Shown here piece after piece: positions 31,907 to 42,500 of a DNA stretch of 64,000 nucleotides. The position numbers and the translations under genes are program-made. The notes under the pieces were generated by a model. That model was not told the DNA's origin. It worked only from the letters and a program-made list of their open reading frames with translations, and made no database searches. Every line of letters begins with the position of its first letter. Within the stretch, counting starts at the first letter, position 1. Origin of the DNA: a virus (Duplodnaviria > Caudoviricetes); IMG/VR virus record IMGVR_UViG_3300044973_000253, positions 51,922 to 115,921 of that record. One strand, 5' to 3'.

Positions 31907-32065
31907 ATAAATTTATTTTATTTAATACAGGAATCATTCCTGCAAAATATAAATATTGATTCTTGTCATTTTAAAATTCGATAAAAATGTTACACTTTTT
32001 TTAAAAGGTACAAAACTATTATTTTCAGAACTTTAGTATGAAAAAAAATTATGTAACTTTTAAAA

Positions 32066-33703
32066 TCAGAAAGGACAATCTAATGGAAAGTCTTTGTTTT
32101 TTTCCATTGGACTATTTACACTCTCATCTGGTTCTGCATATCCAGAAGAATTTGCCGTTTCTGTATATCCAGAATTTGTATTCCTATTTTCAGTCACTCC
32201 AGAATTGACAAATTCAAGAGCTGGATTGGTTTCTATGGATTCATTTTCCATTGTAACCCCGTTCTGAATAGCATTGAATATCGCCAGATTTCTATCATTT
32301 TCAACCGACATCGTATCTTCATATCCCTGTACATGTCCTTCTCCCTCTGATGAAATTCTGCATTTGCCATTATCAAAATAAACATTAGAAATAACCACAC
32401 CAGCATTTCCTGCCCTGTTCTTGGTAATCTTGATAGATGATACATTGGTAGAAAAATCATCCATACTTCTCGAAATAATAAGACACATGTGACAGATGTT
32501 ATATTTTGATGCCGAACCAGAAATCTTGTCTGGACCTCCAAATTCCTTGGAACCATAAGAATCCTTTGTTCCTTGGGTGGTAACCCATAATCCGACATTC
32601 AACTTGGCAGCCATTGTTTCCAGCTTTCTCATTGTATGGGCCTCGCTTAGATGCTGTCCCAAAGCCATTGTCCCATGTTCCGCCTTTAAACATTCAAAAT
32701 AATCCAGCAATACCAAATCTGGGACAAATCCATTGTTGATATAATCATTGCGGATAATATTGTCTATATCTGATGCCGTTTTTTCTCCATCATGCAACTT
32801 TCTTATCATGATATTGTTTTGTTGCATTTTATAACGCTCCGAATTCTTTATCTGTTTGGCTGCATTCTTTTCAATCTTGTTATACAAAGGTACCTTTGAA
32901 CATTCTATTCCAAGCTCTCTGGCAATATACTTTGTCGAAATTTGCGTCTTGCTGTCCTCGAATATTATCTGCAATACTTTATATCCCTGATATTTATTGC
33001 TTGCGTTCTTGCAGCACGCAGCATAAGATGCCATTGATGTGGTGATTGTGGTCTTTCCGAATCCAGAAGGACCACAGATAAGTCCCAATTCTCCCTTTCC
33101 TATACCTCCATTCAATATTCCATCCAAAGACAATATACCAGTAGGAATCGGCTTTCTCATTTCTCCAGACAATGTTTTTTCAACATCATCAAAAGGATGA
33201 AAGTCCTCCTTTTCTCCAAACGAGGTCTTTCTTATTGCATCCTCGAACATTTTAGGACAAGAATCATATTTGTCTGTTTCTCCTCTTTCCACAATTCCTG
33301 CCACAACAGACAGCGTTTTAACCAATGCCTGTTGCTTGAAAAACGAAAAAGCTCGGTCTTTTATATACTTGATATCCTTGGCGATATCAAGCACCTGTAC
33401 CTTATCCATGACCTCTTTCATTACATCTGATTCGTCTTTGGTCTGTTGACCAAATGTGGAAATAGATTCATAAGTAGGTGCCTCTGAATATCTATCGTAA
33501 TACTGCTTTAGTTTATCAACAACGAATCTAAGTTTTGAATCCGTAAACATCCCTGCCTCAATCTGGTCCTTTATGCTTACAAAGGATTGGGGATTCTCCA
33601 TTAGATACTTCATCAACTTGTATTGGAAATCAACTCCAAGAAAACCAAGATTTTTGTTGAGCTTCTTTTCAGAAGAATCTGTATATTCCGTATTTGTATT
33701 CAA
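32066..33703 (-). CDS. dnaB: DnaB-like replicative helicase (T4 gp41-like)
   Basis: IPTGILSLDGILNGGIGKGELGLICGPSGFGKT Walker A; VLLDY; TQ; KNR motif. The start codon is uncertain (TTG). Confidence 0.9.
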   Translation of the reverse strand: MNTNTEYTDSSEKKLNKNLGFLGVDFQYKLMKYLMENPQSFVSIKDQIEAGMFTDSKLRFVVDKLKQYYDRYSEAPTYESISTFGQQTKDESDVMKEVMDKVQVLDIAKDIKYIKDRAFSFFKQQALVKTLSVVAGIVERGETDKYDSCPKMFEDAIRKTSFGEKEDFHPFDDVEKTLSGEMRKPIPTGILSLDGILNGGIGKGELGLICGPSGFGKTTITTSMASYAACCKNASNKYQGYKVLQIIFEDSKTQISTKYIARELGIECSKVPLYNKIEKNAAKQIKNSERYKMQQNNIMIRKLHDGEKTASDIDNIIRNDYINNGFVPDLVLLDYFECLKAEHGTMALGQHLSEAHTMRKLETMAAKLNVGLWVTTQGTKDSYGSKEFGGPDKISGSASKYNICHMCLIISRSMDDFSTNVSSIKITKNRAGNAGVVISNVYFDNGKCRISSEGEGHVQGYEDTMSVENDRNLAIFNAIQNGVTMENESIETNPALEFVNSGVTENRNTNSGYTETANSSGYAEPDESVNSPMEKNKDFPLDCPF

Positions 33704-33731
33704 CTTGCTTGATATTTAATTTTACGTTTCA

Positions 33732-33762
33732 CAAAGATAAGTTATATTTTTCAAATATGCAA
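33732..33762 (-). promoter_or_regulatory. Bacteroidota-type promoter upstream of the helicase
   Basis: Minus strand TTG-N20-TATCTTTG (-7 box TAnnTTTG at 33732-33739). Confidence 0.5.
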
Positions 33763-33810
33763 TACTTTTTTGAAAATAAAAATCGGAATTGTCTATTTTA
33801 GGCTTGCCCT

Positions 33811-33855
33811 AAATTTACATAAAAAAGCGGAAAAACTGTTACATTTCTCCGCTTG
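33811..33855 (-). terminator. Isolated terminator half of the cassette repeat
   Basis: aaatttacataaaaaagcggaaaaactgttacatttctccgcttg, near-identical to the cassette hairpins. Confidence 0.75.
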
Positions 33856-33886
33856 ATAAGTAATATTAAATAATCACGAATATCGT

Positions 33887-34663
33887 TTATTCGATTGATG
33901 CAAGATATTTTCTGTTGGCCTTTTCAATATTCAGTTCATAACCCATATATTTACGGTTCACCATATCAATCATATCCTTTTTATTATCCTTGTTCCAGCT
34001 TATAGAACATACGGGATACATCATTTCTATAATATCACGAACCATATTGGTGTTATTCTTATATAATCGCAATTTGATATAATTCTCATTATACAACTTT
34101 TGACACTCAACATCATCCTCATAAAATTCGTTTCTTCTTTTTGTGATATCAATATACCTTACATCTTTTGGATAGCAGGACAGATCAAGAATCCGTGAGA
34201 TTTTCTCTTTTGGATGCTTTGGATCAATATTGTCATACACAACAAATTTCAGAACATCGGTCCATTCTTTCTGCAAAGGCAGATTCAACGAAGAATCGAA
34301 TATTTCCGTATCATCATACCATCCACCATTACTTTTTATGTCTGGATTTTGATAATCTCCAAGTCCAGCATACTTTTCGTCTGGATTGAATGGACATACA
34401 GGTCTGCAACCAGAATAGTTATAAGCCATATAGACTCGTGTCTGTGAATTAAGCTGTTCCTTGATCTTGTTCATGATATCATCAACGGTATCCTTGAATT
34501 CGATTGTATCCATACTTCCCTCCACAAACCGCTTTATTTCAAAATTTCTCTGGCATACAATATCATTATTGCAATAAAGCACGAAAGAAAAACGGTCATT
34601 CACATGGTTTACAGACTCTCTCGTTTTGACAGAATTGGCTGTATTATTGTTTTTAAAATACAT
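33887..34663 (-). CDS. Hypothetical protein in the replication block, 258 aa
   Basis: Long ORF between the exonuclease and helicase genes. Confidence 0.7.
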   Translation of the reverse strand: MYFKNNNTANSVKTRESVNHVNDRFSFVLYCNNDIVCQRNFEIKRFVEGSMDTIEFKDTVDDIMNKIKEQLNSQTRVYMAYNYSGCRPVCPFNPDEKYAGLGDYQNPDIKSNGGWYDDTEIFDSSLNLPLQKEWTDVLKFVVYDNIDPKHPKEKISRILDLSCYPKDVRYIDITKRRNEFYEDDVECQKLYNENYIKLRLYKNNTNMVRDIIEMMYPVCSISWNKDNKKDMIDMVNRKYMGYELNIEKANRKYLASIE

Positions 34664-34725
34664 AAAGTATATAAATTAAATTGTTAAATCATTTAAAAAT
34701 TAATCAAATATAATTGTTTTTTATA

Positions 34726-35886
34726 CTAATTGGAATAAAAATATTTAATTTCTTTGTTTTTTATTCTATTGAAATCTCCAAAAAACGCAGCAAACTTATT
34801 GGGTGTATTCCAATCCGACAAACCGTAACTGCTTATAAGTCTGCTGATATTCTTATAATCACGTCCGTCTGGGTCCAATGGGGCATACATCATATCATCA
34901 AGCAACTGTATGGCCTCCTTTGTCATCATCTCATCCGTGAAAAGATTTATTATCTTCTCGTTTATCTCATATACCTTTTCTCCCTGAACCCCATCTGTTA
35001 TCCCGTTCAATATGTTCTCTATTGACTGTAACGGTTTTTTCTTCTCTTCCGAACGTTTGTCATGAAGTATCTTTACTTTGTCAATAACCTCGTTAAGTGT
35101 CATTTTGCGTTCCTTTATTTCTGGAACAAGATTTTCAAGAGTCGTTTCTTTTACTCCCTTTATTCCCTTTATGTTATCAGAAACATCTCCGCATATCGTT
35201 TTATATAATACCACATTTTCAAAAGGAATACCCATCTGCTCCTTGAAATTTTTATCTGTAATGAAGATTTTTTTTGAAAATGAATAAATACACACGGTTT
35301 CATTTATAAGCTGTGTAAGGTCCCTGTCTGACGACATAATGACTATCTTTTCATTTGGCTTCTTATGACGGACATAATAAGAAATAAGGTCATCACCCTC
35401 TACCGAATCAGCAAACACTGAACGTATGAACAAATCCTCAAGCATGTTTTTCAATATCCCCTCTTGCATGGCGAATATCTCCTCTTCGGATTTCTTCTCT
35501 TCTCTTTTTTCGTATTTGTTCTTATACTTATGACTTAATAGATTATGTATAAAATCACGGGAAGTCTTGAAATAATCACTTTCTCCACCCTGTATGAATT
35601 TCTTTCCTCTATTGGCCTTGTATTCTGGATAAAAATTATATCTCAATTGACCTGAATTCTGTCCGTCAAACATAACGTACACGAAATCAAAATCCTTTTT
35701 TCTTAGCATGAGCTTAAGCTGCAGCATAAATTCAAACAGCATACCATATTCTATACCTGTATAACTTGTTTTTTTACAAACACCGCTTATTTTCATCAGA
35801 TTGTTTCCGTCAACTATCAATGTGTATATTGACGGTTCTTCCGATAATCCAGCTTCAACAATATGTTTTTTTATACTTTGTTGCAT
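34726..35886 (-). CDS. 5'-3' exonuclease / flap endonuclease (T4 RNase H-like)
   Basis: LIVDGNNL, FDG, YPEYKANR, EGDDLI, SSDRDLTQL and GDVSDNIKGIKG motifs. Confidence 0.92.
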   Translation of the reverse strand: MQQSIKKHIVEAGLSEEPSIYTLIVDGNNLMKISGVCKKTSYTGIEYGMLFEFMLQLKLMLRKKDFDFVYVMFDGQNSGQLRYNFYPEYKANRGKKFIQGGESDYFKTSRDFIHNLLSHKYKNKYEKREEKKSEEEIFAMQEGILKNMLEDLFIRSVFADSVEGDDLISYYVRHKKPNEKIVIMSSDRDLTQLINETVCIYSFSKKIFITDKNFKEQMGIPFENVVLYKTICGDVSDNIKGIKGVKETTLENLVPEIKERKMTLNEVIDKVKILHDKRSEEKKKPLQSIENILNGITDGVQGEKVYEINEKIINLFTDEMMTKEAIQLLDDMMYAPLDPDGRDYKNISRLISSYGLSDWNTPNKFAAFFGDFNRIKNKEIKYFYSN

Positions 35887-35915
35887 TTATGTGTTTTTTT
35901 TATTATTGTCTATTT

Positions 35916-36131
35916 TTAAAAGTAATTTTCACAGTGTAATCCGTTAATGATAACATATACCATTGATATGATAGTCATTACGATAACCATATAAGAAATC
36001 ATTTTATGTCTATGTTTGATGCTGAATTCATTCTCATCTGTCTGAGAATAACAGCATCCCTCTATCAAAATCACCATACAGGCAACGAAGAATACCACTC
36101 CGCAAAAGCCATTCAACTTATCTATCAGCAT
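35916..36131 (-). CDS. Small two-helix membrane protein, 71 aa
   Basis: Two hydrophobic stretches; TTTG-N19-TAACTTTG promoter directly upstream (36151-36181). Confidence 0.6.
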   Translation of the reverse strand: MLIDKLNGFCGVVFFVACMVILIEGCCYSQTDENEFSIKHRHKMISYMVIVMTIISMVYVIINGLHCENYF

Positions 36132-36150
36132 AATTTTTTTATGTTAGGCA

Positions 36151-36181
36151 CAAAGTTATTTATTTTATTGATAAATACAAA
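36151..36181 (-). promoter_or_regulatory. Bacteroidota-type promoter for the exonuclease operon
   Basis: Minus strand TTTG-N19-TAACTTTG. Confidence 0.6.
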
Positions 36182-36192
36182 GCAAATAAAAC

Positions 36193-36229
36193 AAAAAAAA
36201 CGATGCTGTTATAAAAATAGCATCGTTTT
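36193..36229. terminator. Intrinsic terminator downstream of gene I
   Basis: aaaaaaaacgatgctgttataaaaatagcatcgtttt inverted repeat. Confidence 0.7.
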
Positions 36230-36250
36230 ATAATTGAATTGAAATATTTA

Positions 36251-36979
36251 TCAATAATCACACTTATTGCCATCTGGATCGAACCATCCTTTACCAGGAT
36301 GCCAGATGTTTTGATGTGTAGTTATATTCTTGAATGCTTTCATTCCGTCTGTAACATATTTACGATTAGGCATTGATGTAACCGCAGTTGGATCTTTGTC
36401 AAAATCAGGATAACTGGTAGTATAATCTCCATTAGGATGAAAATCATCGTCTAAATAATCTTCATATTTTTTATTCCCATAATATTTCCCATTTATAAAA
36501 TTATCATGTATATCATACCATCTCTTAGCGGGATTCATGGCTTGTGTTCCATAGTCTTTTTGATATGCACTGTGCGCATTTGTGGGTCCATCATTCTCGC
36601 TATAAAATGCGGTCAACTTACGGGACTTTGGATGGTTAGCCTCAACGTAAGAATCATATCTATTGAACCCGTTTTTGTGGAGGTTATTCATAAATGCATC
36701 TTTATCGGTTGCCCTATCTCCATCTACATAGTCTGGATCAACATTACCACCGTGTAAATGAAACTGATATTTGCCACCTTGAGTTGGAAACCGACCATAC
36801 TTTTTATTATACTCTTGTACGAATTTGTCATTAAAAGCATTACCTAAATCATATCTGCCTTGACCAAAAGCTCTTTCTGCAGCATGGTTCCATGTATTCA
36901 TACTTGCTTCAAGAATTGTAGAAACAGATTCCTTTATAAGTTTGTGTAATTGATTTTCCGTTAGTCTTACTCTTCTCAT
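36251..36979 (-). CDS. Leader-cassette gene I (MRRVRLTENQLHKLIKESVSTILEA + 215-aa cargo), 242 aa
   Basis: Leader motif; preceded by the repeat; C-terminal WHPGKGW. Confidence 0.85.
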   Translation of the reverse strand: MRRVRLTENQLHKLIKESVSTILEASMNTWNHAAERAFGQGRYDLGNAFNDKFVQEYNKKYGRFPTQGGKYQFHLHGGNVDPDYVDGDRATDKDAFMNNLHKNGFNRYDSYVEANHPKSRKLTAFYSENDGPTNAHSAYQKDYGTQAMNPAKRWYDIHDNFINGKYYGNKKYEDYLDDDFHPNGDYTTSYPDFDKDPTAVTSMPNRKYVTDGMKAFKNITTHQNIWHPGKGWFDPDGNKCDY

Positions 36980-37085
36980 ATTTTGTTCTTTTTCCTATAA
37001 ATATCTGCAAAATTTACATAATTCACCCTTTCCCCGTAAATACCGTGCCAGACGCAAAACAATGTCAAAATATTTACACAAAAAA
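36930..37085 (-). repeat. Cassette repeat copy 7 (promoter part, followed by a different hairpin)
   Basis: ataaatatctgcaaaatttacataa..taaataccgtgccagacgcaaaacaatgtcaaaatatttacacaaaaaa. Confidence 0.85.
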
Positions 37086-37148
37086 GAGGAACATCCAACA
37101 TAATGTGGACATCCCTCCATGAAGTTTATTTAAATCACAAAAACGTCT

Positions 37149-38138
37149 TTAGAATGGAGTATTGTTTTCATAATAGGTGTTGTCATTCTGAGGTGGCTCC
37201 TGCATATTATTACTTTGCTGATAATAATTCTTATTCTGCTGAACATTATTCTGAACAGGCTGATTCTCATTCACCATGTTGGTTTGAGGAACGCTGTTTT
37301 GTTCATCTTTTGTCAAATTAGGAACAAAAGTTTTCTTTGAATCATCCCACAATGGCTTTCGTTTTGATACCAATACCGCATTAAGATAATCATAGTTCTT
37401 TACAGGGAAAGCATTTACCCATGTCTTGTTATCATAAAGCCATGCATTGGAAATATCCGTATTCGTATTCAAAGGAGACGAATTCATTACTGGAGTAAGC
37501 ATAAACGCACGCTTGCCGTTTCCATCCACAGATACAGTCACGTTGATATCATATCCATTATTGATATCAAAGATATTTACCCCAACCTCATCCATTACGG
37601 ACTGATATATGGATTTCAACTTGTCAAAAATTCCATCATTCTTTGCAGATGACGGGAATCTCCAGAATTTCACTCCCTCATCTTCATGTTCCCTGTCAAT
37701 ACATCTTATGACATAGAACAGTCTTGCATAATATCCTTTTGCTGTGGTATGAATGGTTTCCGCCTTTAATGTGTCCGTTTCTGCTTTTGATTCTTTCAGC
37801 AGTTTATCGTGAGCCTCGCATATAGGACAAGGACTGGCATTATTTCCTCCAAGCAATGCCAAACTCTTTGGGCACATAAGGGTTTTCCATTTTCCATTGG
37901 AAAAGTTCTCCGATGGCTCCACCTCTATATTATGGGCATAAATCTCCATAAACGGATCAAGATTGTTAATATCTCCCGAAGGCAATATTCTTATCTTCAA
38001 TTTCTTTTCTCTTACCCCTTTGGGTGGATAAACATTAAGATATAAATTAGGGTTAAAAGCGTTCTGCTTTTCCCCACCCGAAAATCCAGCTCCCTGATGG
38101 CGTGAAAACGGGTCCTGATTTTGACTAAATTCTGTCAT
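37149..38138 (-). CDS. Single-stranded DNA-binding protein (T4 gp32-like)
   Basis: IRILP..PF.E...H, CPKS..CPICE zinc site, GVKFWRF, DINNGYDI, low-complexity tail ending in PF. Confidence 0.8.
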   Translation of the reverse strand: MTEFSQNQDPFSRHQGAGFSGGEKQNAFNPNLYLNVYPPKGVREKKLKIRILPSGDINNLDPFMEIYAHNIEVEPSENFSNGKWKTLMCPKSLALLGGNNASPCPICEAHDKLLKESKAETDTLKAETIHTTAKGYYARLFYVIRCIDREHEDEGVKFWRFPSSAKNDGIFDKLKSIYQSVMDEVGVNIFDINNGYDINVTVSVDGNGKRAFMLTPVMNSSPLNTNTDISNAWLYDNKTWVNAFPVKNYDYLNAVLVSKRKPLWDDSKKTFVPNLTKDEQNSVPQTNMVNENQPVQNNVQQNKNYYQQSNNMQEPPQNDNTYYENNTPF

Positions 38139-38243
38139 TTTTATAATTGCTTTTAATTATGTTGTAAATATATGTGTTTTTTTTATTGAAACAAAAAAAA
38201 GATTGGACTTTTTTATCCAATCTTTCATTTATTAAAGTGTTGA

Positions 38244-39098
38244 TTAAAATCTTCTTTTTGGCTTAAAGAAATTTGGAGTGTTCTGGTCCTCGTCATCATC
38301 ATCATCAAAGGAATCGTATAAATCATTGTCCGAAGCGTGATTGAGGTCTCCTACCGTTATCTCATATTCCTTATCCTCGTCATTCCCCTTTTCGGGTGCC
38401 ATTCCTCCGCCATAATCTGGTCGGTCATTATAGTCTCCGCCTACCATTATGTCATAATTGTCTTTCCCGCTCTTTATAAAACGTTTCCAATAATCTGAAA
38501 TATCGGTATTGTAAGGATACGAATCAAGACTCCGCAAATACAGTTTCTCTGTAGGTGTCGGATTCCTTTTGATTATATCCTGTTTTAGTCCTGCTATCTC
38601 TCGGTTGTTATTGTCAATTATCTGTTTCATTGATTCAACCGCATTAAGCAAATCGGATATTCTCTGGTCGGTCTTTCCAAGACCTTTTCCTATGATATTG
38701 ACCTTGTTGTTCATTTTCTCCTGAGCATTGGTAAGGTCGTCAACATTAAGAACATCTTCGTCACCATTTCCCTCATCACCAGCAGGAGGCATACCCATTC
38801 CGTTATCCATAGGAGGCATGTTTCCTCCCATTCCATCATCGGCAGGAGGTGCCATTCCTCCGCCATTAGGATCTTGTCCTCCCATATCTGCTCCTCCAGT
38901 CATATCTGGTGCAGCTGGAGCACCTCCATCCATTCCACCGTTGGGATCATTCGGGTCCCCTGCGGGTGCTCCTCCCATTGCATTTGGGTCCTGTTGGGCA
39001 TTCGGATCTTGCTGAGCATTTGGGTCATCGTCTTCATCGGTGAGTGTGGTCCATTCCCTGATGACAAATCTATCCCATTTAGTCTTTGGTTTATTCAT
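38244..39098 (-). CDS. Acidic low-complexity protein with a coiled coil, possibly head scaffold/core-related, 284 aa
   Basis: DPNAQQ repeats, G/P/D/M-rich tract, then heptad region and PTPTEKLYLRSLDSYPY. Confidence 0.55.
   Translation of the reverse strand: MNKPKTKWDRFVIREWTTLTDEDDDPNAQQDPNAQQDPNAMGGAPAGDPNDPNGGMDGGAPAAPDMTGGADMGGQDPNGGGMAPPADDGMGGNMPPMDNGMGMPPAGDEGNGDEDVLNVDDLTNAQEKMNNKVNIIGKGLGKTDQRISDLLNAVESMKQIIDNNNREIAGLKQDIIKRNPTPTEKLYLRSLDSYPYNTDISDYWKRFIKSGKDNYDIMVGGDYNDRPDYGGGMAPEKGNDEDKEYEITVGDLNHASDNDLYDSFDDDDDEDQNTPNFFKPKRRF
38980..39030. repeat. Coding 18-bp tandem repeat (DPNAQQ, about 3 copies)
   Basis: DPNAQQDPNAQQDPNAM in the translation. Confidence 0.7.
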
Positions 39099-39113
39099 TG
39101 TATCTGTATATGT

Positions 39114-39296
39114 TTAGTCTGCAAGAATCTGTCTGTTTTCATCAAACATGACTATCTTCTTGCTGTTATCCATTTCTATAAGCTCGTCATTGTTTCCCTT
39201 GTCAAATGTAATTCCATTCTTATTTGACTTTGAACCATTGACATTGTTTTTTGACATCATTTTGTTGATATATGCCAGTTTTGAAGTGTAATCCAT
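39114..39296 (-). CDS. Small hypothetical protein (MDYTSKLAY...), 60 aa
   Basis: ATG 39296 lies immediately after the stop of the upstream gene. Confidence 0.55.
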   Translation of the reverse strand: MDYTSKLAYINKMMSKNNVNGSKSNKNGITFDKGNNDELIEMDNSKKIVMFDENRQILAD

Positions 39297-39297
39297 A

Positions 39298-39513
39298 TTA
39301 TTTGTTTTTATCTGCATTATTGTCCGTCTTGTCCTTCTTTGACGAAGTTTCCTTGACGTTTTTTTTTGAAGAATCATCCTTATCCTTGACATCTTTTTCT
39401 CCGTGAACAAGTATTGACGGAGTTCCGACAGGCTGTGTCCTATTTACAACTGGGAAAGGTCTGTTATTGATGCAAGATTCGTTTCTTCTTATTTTCTTTG
39501 TTATAAAAGACAT
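39298..39513 (-). CDS. Small basic hypothetical protein, 71 aa
   Basis: TATTTAT motif 18 nt upstream; fills the intergenic space. Confidence 0.55.
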   Translation of the reverse strand: MSFITKKIRRNESCINNRPFPVVNRTQPVGTPSILVHGEKDVKDKDDSSKKNVKETSSKKDKTDNNADKNK

Positions 39514-39548
39514 AATTCTCTAATTTTTAAATAAATAGTATCTATATA

Positions 39549-42500
39549 TTATTTTGTTTTGAAATTTATGTATTCTTCTGGGTTACATATATATTGATTG
39601 GTATGATTGTTCTCCTTTGTCTTGGCGATAAAAGAGTTATACCCAGGGAATGTATATTTTCCACTTGAATCCTTTGGCATAAGCCATAACTCAAAATGAC
39701 AGTGTATTCCAGTTGACTTGCCACAACTCCCCGCTTTTGCAAGAATATCACCAGCTTTCACAATCTGTCCAGCCGTACAATAAATACTTTCTGCATCCAT
39801 GTGAGTATATACACCTAACAGAATTGAACCGTCTTTGTTTTCAAGATTATATGCAACTATGATAACATTGCAGAATCCAGCTGCCTGATGACATGAAAGC
39901 ACGATTCCGTCATGTCCTGCCACAAGTCTATCGCCCTTTACACCCTTTTCAGAAAAATCTATTCCAGAATGAAATTCTGGAGGTGCGGGACTGGTTCTTG
40001 CAGGATTCCATGGACTACCCTTATGCTGGGCAATTTCCGTCTTACTGGTATTTCCAAATGGTCCCCAGAAATCAGATATAGGAGAAGATATGGTTTTCAT
40101 TTTTATTTTAGACTGACTTGTCTTGAATATGGAATCCGTATCTTTGTTGGAAAAAGCATATTCATCATTTACCTCATCCCCATTAGCTGGACATGGAAGA
40201 GCCTTGTCCTCCAATAAATAGGTTTTTATCTTTTCCCAATATTTCTTTGTGACAGAATCATCTATAAACGCATAAGTATAGGCATTCAAAATTGTATCTG
40301 TATCCTTAAATGTGGTCTTATCTGCAATGTTTTTACCCATTATTTTCCACCAGTTTTTAGGAACGCTATCCAATCCCGTACCATTGCTATATATCAATTT
40401 ATTATTATTATAAGTATGATTCTGCCATTTATCCAAATCCGATTTTGTAAATGTTGATTTTAATGATTTGATATTGCTGGCTATACTGAATTGGACCGTA
40501 ATACTTCTCATGTTTTTTGTCCCGTCTGTTTTTTCTATCACCTGAACAAGAATATAGTCTGGATATTCCTGTGATTTGGCAGAAGTAAGCCATATAGCAT
40601 GTTTAAACCATCCATAATACCCTTGCGATTCCCCTGCTCCTGTTCGGACTATCATATCAAATAAGGTGGCATTATTCTGAGGAAGCAATTTTTTACTAAC
40701 AGAATCACATGCTGAAATAATGATCCAATTATCGGTTCCTTCCGAACAAACTTTAACATCACAAGCCATGGCTGCTACTGATTGAGAAGTCCTACTTACA
40801 GCATTTACAAACCCGTTTATTAATGTTTCATTATTTCCATTGCTTTTCTTATCATCGGTAGGGACATTTGGATCTTTTTTCATTTCCGCCAAATCTGAAT
40901 CTGTCCATATCGGTTCACTATCATCAGTTCTACACCCCTCGTATATCTGAACAAACTGATTTCTACCATAAGTAAAATAATATTTACTGCTATGATGATT
41001 AATACTTGAATCAGAAGAGGTATATTCTGGAAATTGGGAATTATTTAATGAATATTGTCCTATTCTATATACAGATGATTTTGTGATTGAATTTTTTTGA
41101 TCCTTTATTTTACCTATCGGCTTATTATAAGAATATGCCTGTATGTTTCCATATCTATTGGCATATTGTCCGCTTAAATCAATATCCAACGGCAATTCAT
41201 CCTTTCCTCCCAATATGCTTAATGGATTTTCAAATATAGATTTTACATTTGCCTCTGTTCCTGAATTAAAACTTCCTTTTGAACCTTTAAAAGAAGAACT
41301 GAATATGTTACGCCAACCTCCATTTTTCTTTTTTGAAGCCAATGCATGCTGATTAAACATACAAAGCGCAACCAGCTTTTGAGATAGATTATCAACTCCA
41401 TTTGAAAACTCTCTGTTTATCGTAGAAACAATAGCATCCCATACACTATCATATCCAAGTTTTGTAATATAATCTGGTCTATATGTTTTTAATGCAACTA
41501 TATTTACCGTATGTTCATAAGAAGCATTTATTTGTGTCTGCATCAACGGATTATAGAACTTATAAGCACAATCGTTTTCAACAGAAGCAATAGCATTTTC
41601 TCTCGTTATGCTGTCCTCCTCATCGAAGTTGCCCTGTGTATTCAAAAATGCGTTATCTACAATTCTATTGGCTATTTTTGGCAATCTGCATCCCGTAAAT
41701 GTGGTTGTCATCTCTCCGTTCCTTATTGAATGGGACATTTTACTAATCATATAAGTTCCCCTAAACATAGGGATGTTAGTCAAACAGAAATACATTAGAG
41801 GTTGAATCCAGCAACATCCCATCATTGACACGGTACACTCGTAAGATACGTTTGAGAATATAGTATACAAATCCTGACCTTGAAAGATTACAGCCTTATT
41901 TACCTTATCAGATCCCATTTGGGCTATCTGCATTTGTGCCCCAATAGACCATTCTGTGTTTTGTCCTTTATTGGTATTGACCTTTATGTTATGAAAGTAA
42001 CTTTGGTATTGCTGACCATAAGAAACAGAAAATGCTGGTATCTTTAAATCCTGATAATCATAATCTTTTATTACTTGTGGCAATGAATCATAATTATTAG
42101 CCATAAATGAATCTCCCTTATATTCGGACTCATCTGAATCATCTCCCAGTAAATGGGATGGCTCGTAATTATATACAGTCACAAAATCTGATTGTGTTGC
42201 ATAATTTGAAGGCAAAACCATGGAATTATAAGGAACAGGAACAAATGCCTTTTTCATCGTTTCTGGATCTGACAAATTCGCCCAGTTTTGTATCACATTG
42301 AACGTCATATTTGTTTTCCCCAATACATCCGTGATAAATTGAAGCAAAGTAAAAGCCTGTCCCTGCTTTAGCTGGTCATTATATATTTCCAGCATACTTG
42401 ACATATCAACCAATATTAAATCGCCAATATCGGTAAAGAATGAATCAATAAAGTGGAAATTCTTATCAAACCAGTTGGGAATATTATAATCACTTAATGA

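Noticed and set aside
32125-32215. NSG[VY]TE / SSGYAE mini-repeats at the helicase C-terminus
   Set aside because: A short degenerate duplication in a probably disordered tail; no evidence of a separate function.
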